Positions 61,591-64,000 of a stretch of 64,000 nt of DNA are shown in pieces. The stretch lies in contig JARDVH010000132.1 in the NCBI GenBank assembly GCA_030324005.1, positions 97,226,472-97,290,471 of the forward strand, written 5' to 3'. The stretch comes from Negaprion brevirostris. Its lineage: Eukaryota. The translations under genes were made by a program, and so were the position numbers. The number at the start of each line of letters is the position of its first letter. The first letter of the stretch is position 1. The notes under the pieces were generated by a model. That model saw only the letters and a list, made by a program, of their open reading frames with translations, did not search any database and was not told the origin of the DNA.

Positions 61591-64000
61591 CATCCTTCTA
61601 TTTTAAAGTCTCAAAACAACTTGTTTCAGCACAAGATATAAATTCAACAAAAAAAGTACTCCAGATTACTTCCTGTAGATTAATCAAAATTCAGATAATT
61701 AGCAGAAAGCTTAAAAAAAACTGCATCAGTAGCCAGAGGAAATCTTCCAGCAATGAACCTGTTGACAGCTCATGATCACTTCAAGTGGTCTTGGCATGAG
61801 ATGGGGATTGGCAGAGGTAATAGGGTCCTTCATTCTATTTAACATTGTGTCCAGGTAAAGACAAGACATTGACTGGAGTCTGAAGTTCAAAAATGGCAAT
61901 TGTGGTATCAAATCAGCATTGCATGTTGATTGATAACATAGCCTGCATGCTGCAAACAGTTATCAGTCATCAGAATTGAGCAAGTGGATCTCATTTTTGA
62001 ATGTCAGTTTGGCTTTTAACATGTGAAAAAAACAGGTGCTGCATAGTCCAATTAATCCCAATAACTTTACACTCTGATTAGTTCTCTTGTACTGGGGGAG
62101 CCAAGACAAAATCTCAAGCAATATCCTAGGTACCTTGTAACTTTTATCAGCAGTTTGGGAGATCCTACATCTATATCACATCAAATACTCTAAGTGGGCA
62201 ATTTTCATACAATACTTAAATGCCGAAGATATTATGAGGTGACAAAAGGCGGGTTTTACACTGCAACGGCGCGTTAGCCAACATTTAGAACAAAAAAATC
62301 AACTTGGCTAAGGTGCTCAAGTATGTTTGGAGTGGTCTTTTCCTAACTTTAAGCTTTGAATTGACCACATATACCAAAAGATAACAATCAGCTTTGTCCT
62401 TATATCAGAAAAGAATAGAATTACTGCACCCTCAAATCGAAAACTCCCTTTTGTGATTCAAATGTAAATACGTTCGATGTTATCTCTTGTCAAAGCCAGA
62501 TCTACTGAGTCTCTCCAATATTTTCTGCTTTGAGACCTTGATGGCTTGGTAGGGTGTTATCTAGAAATTGAGTATGGCTGGCTTGGCCTACAACTTACAG
62601 CAGTCAACTTTCACACATCCTCTTTAATTACAGAAGGAACATGTTGATTTCCTTGGATCACTGTCTTTCACTACTCTTTTCAATGCTAACTCTTGGTCAT
62701 TTGTGTTGGGTTCATGATCACTTACCTTTNNNNNNNCTAGGTAGGGTTACAAACAATGGTTTGCTCCCAACCAAGTGTTTGGTGGAATAGCTCAACTTTA
62801 TGGTTTTCTTGATGGAACTTGGTTCTGACGGGAATACTGTTTTTAAGTTCTTCCAGTAGCAATGCCTCCCTTTGTGCTTTCAAAATCTTGCTCTAACATA
62901 TTTCCACTCAATCACTGATCAAGCGCCATTCATTTTTTGTTCACAAATTCCATAAAATTCAGCTTCTGTCTCATCTTCAGATTTCTAAATTACTGCTGTT
63001 AAGCCTTTAGAACCAATTCAATTACATTAAGTCCATGCTATATTATAGTCTGCGAATGGTTTACCAGAAAGAGTCCTGGGTGTTATACTCTTTTGGAGAG
63101 TCAGTGCATACTCGATGGGCTTAATTTGCTCTTTCTGTTGAGATTCTATGGTTCCATGGTCCACCTTGGTACCGGGTGAAGCAAATAATTGATTGCCCAC
63201 AACAATTACCTGGGCAGAACATTATACTTTTCTCCTGTGCCAATAAACATTCAATACTTTTCATATCAAACCACTTTGTAATATGATTTTCCAAATTTAC
63301 TTTGGCCATTGTAACTTAGTAGCAATGAAACAAAATACATTTTAACTCTTTCCTCACCGAATCTAGGCATGAGATGAATATTAATTGTCAAACCAAAAGC
63401 AGAATTTAAATCTGACCCATTGACAAATCTATCTGCTACTCCCTGCTCACGTAATTAAAGTTTCCTCTGTCCAGTTCAAATTTTCTGTGCCCTCTTTTTA
63501 TTTAAAAATCAAATTCAAATTTTTACATCCCCCTTTCTTTATCTCGATCTATTTCCACATTGAGTTGTTTCATTTGTAACTGAATCCTAGCTAACTCAAT
63601 CCACATTTTACCTTTTCTTTCCTCACAAGGTTCAAATATTGATCTAAATCCTCAACTACCATCTTACAAACATCATTATTGTAACAGGACACATCTTCAA
63701 GATTTCACCAACCATTCTGTTATCATTTTCCTGTAAATTGCCTCAAGAGCTCATCTAATGGGCTATTTACCTTATTGGACAAGTGATAGGTATTGGCAGG
63801 AGAAAGGTAGTGCTTGGTATCCTGCTTCCTCTGCATGATGGTGGAAGGAGGAGGTGATGAGGGCAGTTAGAACAGCATCAGCTGCTGCAGGAGAGAGGGA
63901 CAAGAGTGACAGGAGGGTGAGGATGGCACTCAGCAGTTGGCTATATCAGCCCAGGCTGTTTAGAGAGCAAATACTCCTATCTTCACATAATCTAAGACAA

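Overview
Eukaryotic, repeat-dense, apparently non-genic sequence (intergenic or deep intronic) with many N gaps. The repeats point to a cartilaginous fish, probably a shark (inference from HE1-type tRNA-derived SINEs with CR1-like tails, SacSINE1/Deu-like SINE pieces, and CR1, Rex1/Babar, L2 and Penelope-like relics). I found no intact host protein-coding gene, tRNA, rRNA or CRISPR array; most listed ORFs are chance ORFs or transposon debris. The main structure is a dense set of decayed PIF/Harbinger DNA transposons: at least three HARBI1-like DDE transposase relics (~16.8-17.7 kb +, ~38.8-39.3 kb +, ~49.5-50.5 kb -), each convergent with a partner gene, plus several Myb/SANT-like partner copies. 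One partner (44.6-46.5 kb) keeps a readable 3-exon Myb/SANT plus coiled-coil layout. Also present: Harbinger-like MITEs, two Gypsy pol relics, solo LTRs (one with a clean 4-bp TSD), and a Penelope-type repeat carrying a complete minimal hammerhead ribozyme core (39525-39565). Several repeat-free AT-rich blocks may be conserved non-coding elements. Boundaries were read by eye and are approximate unless stated; family names come from motif recognition, not database searches.
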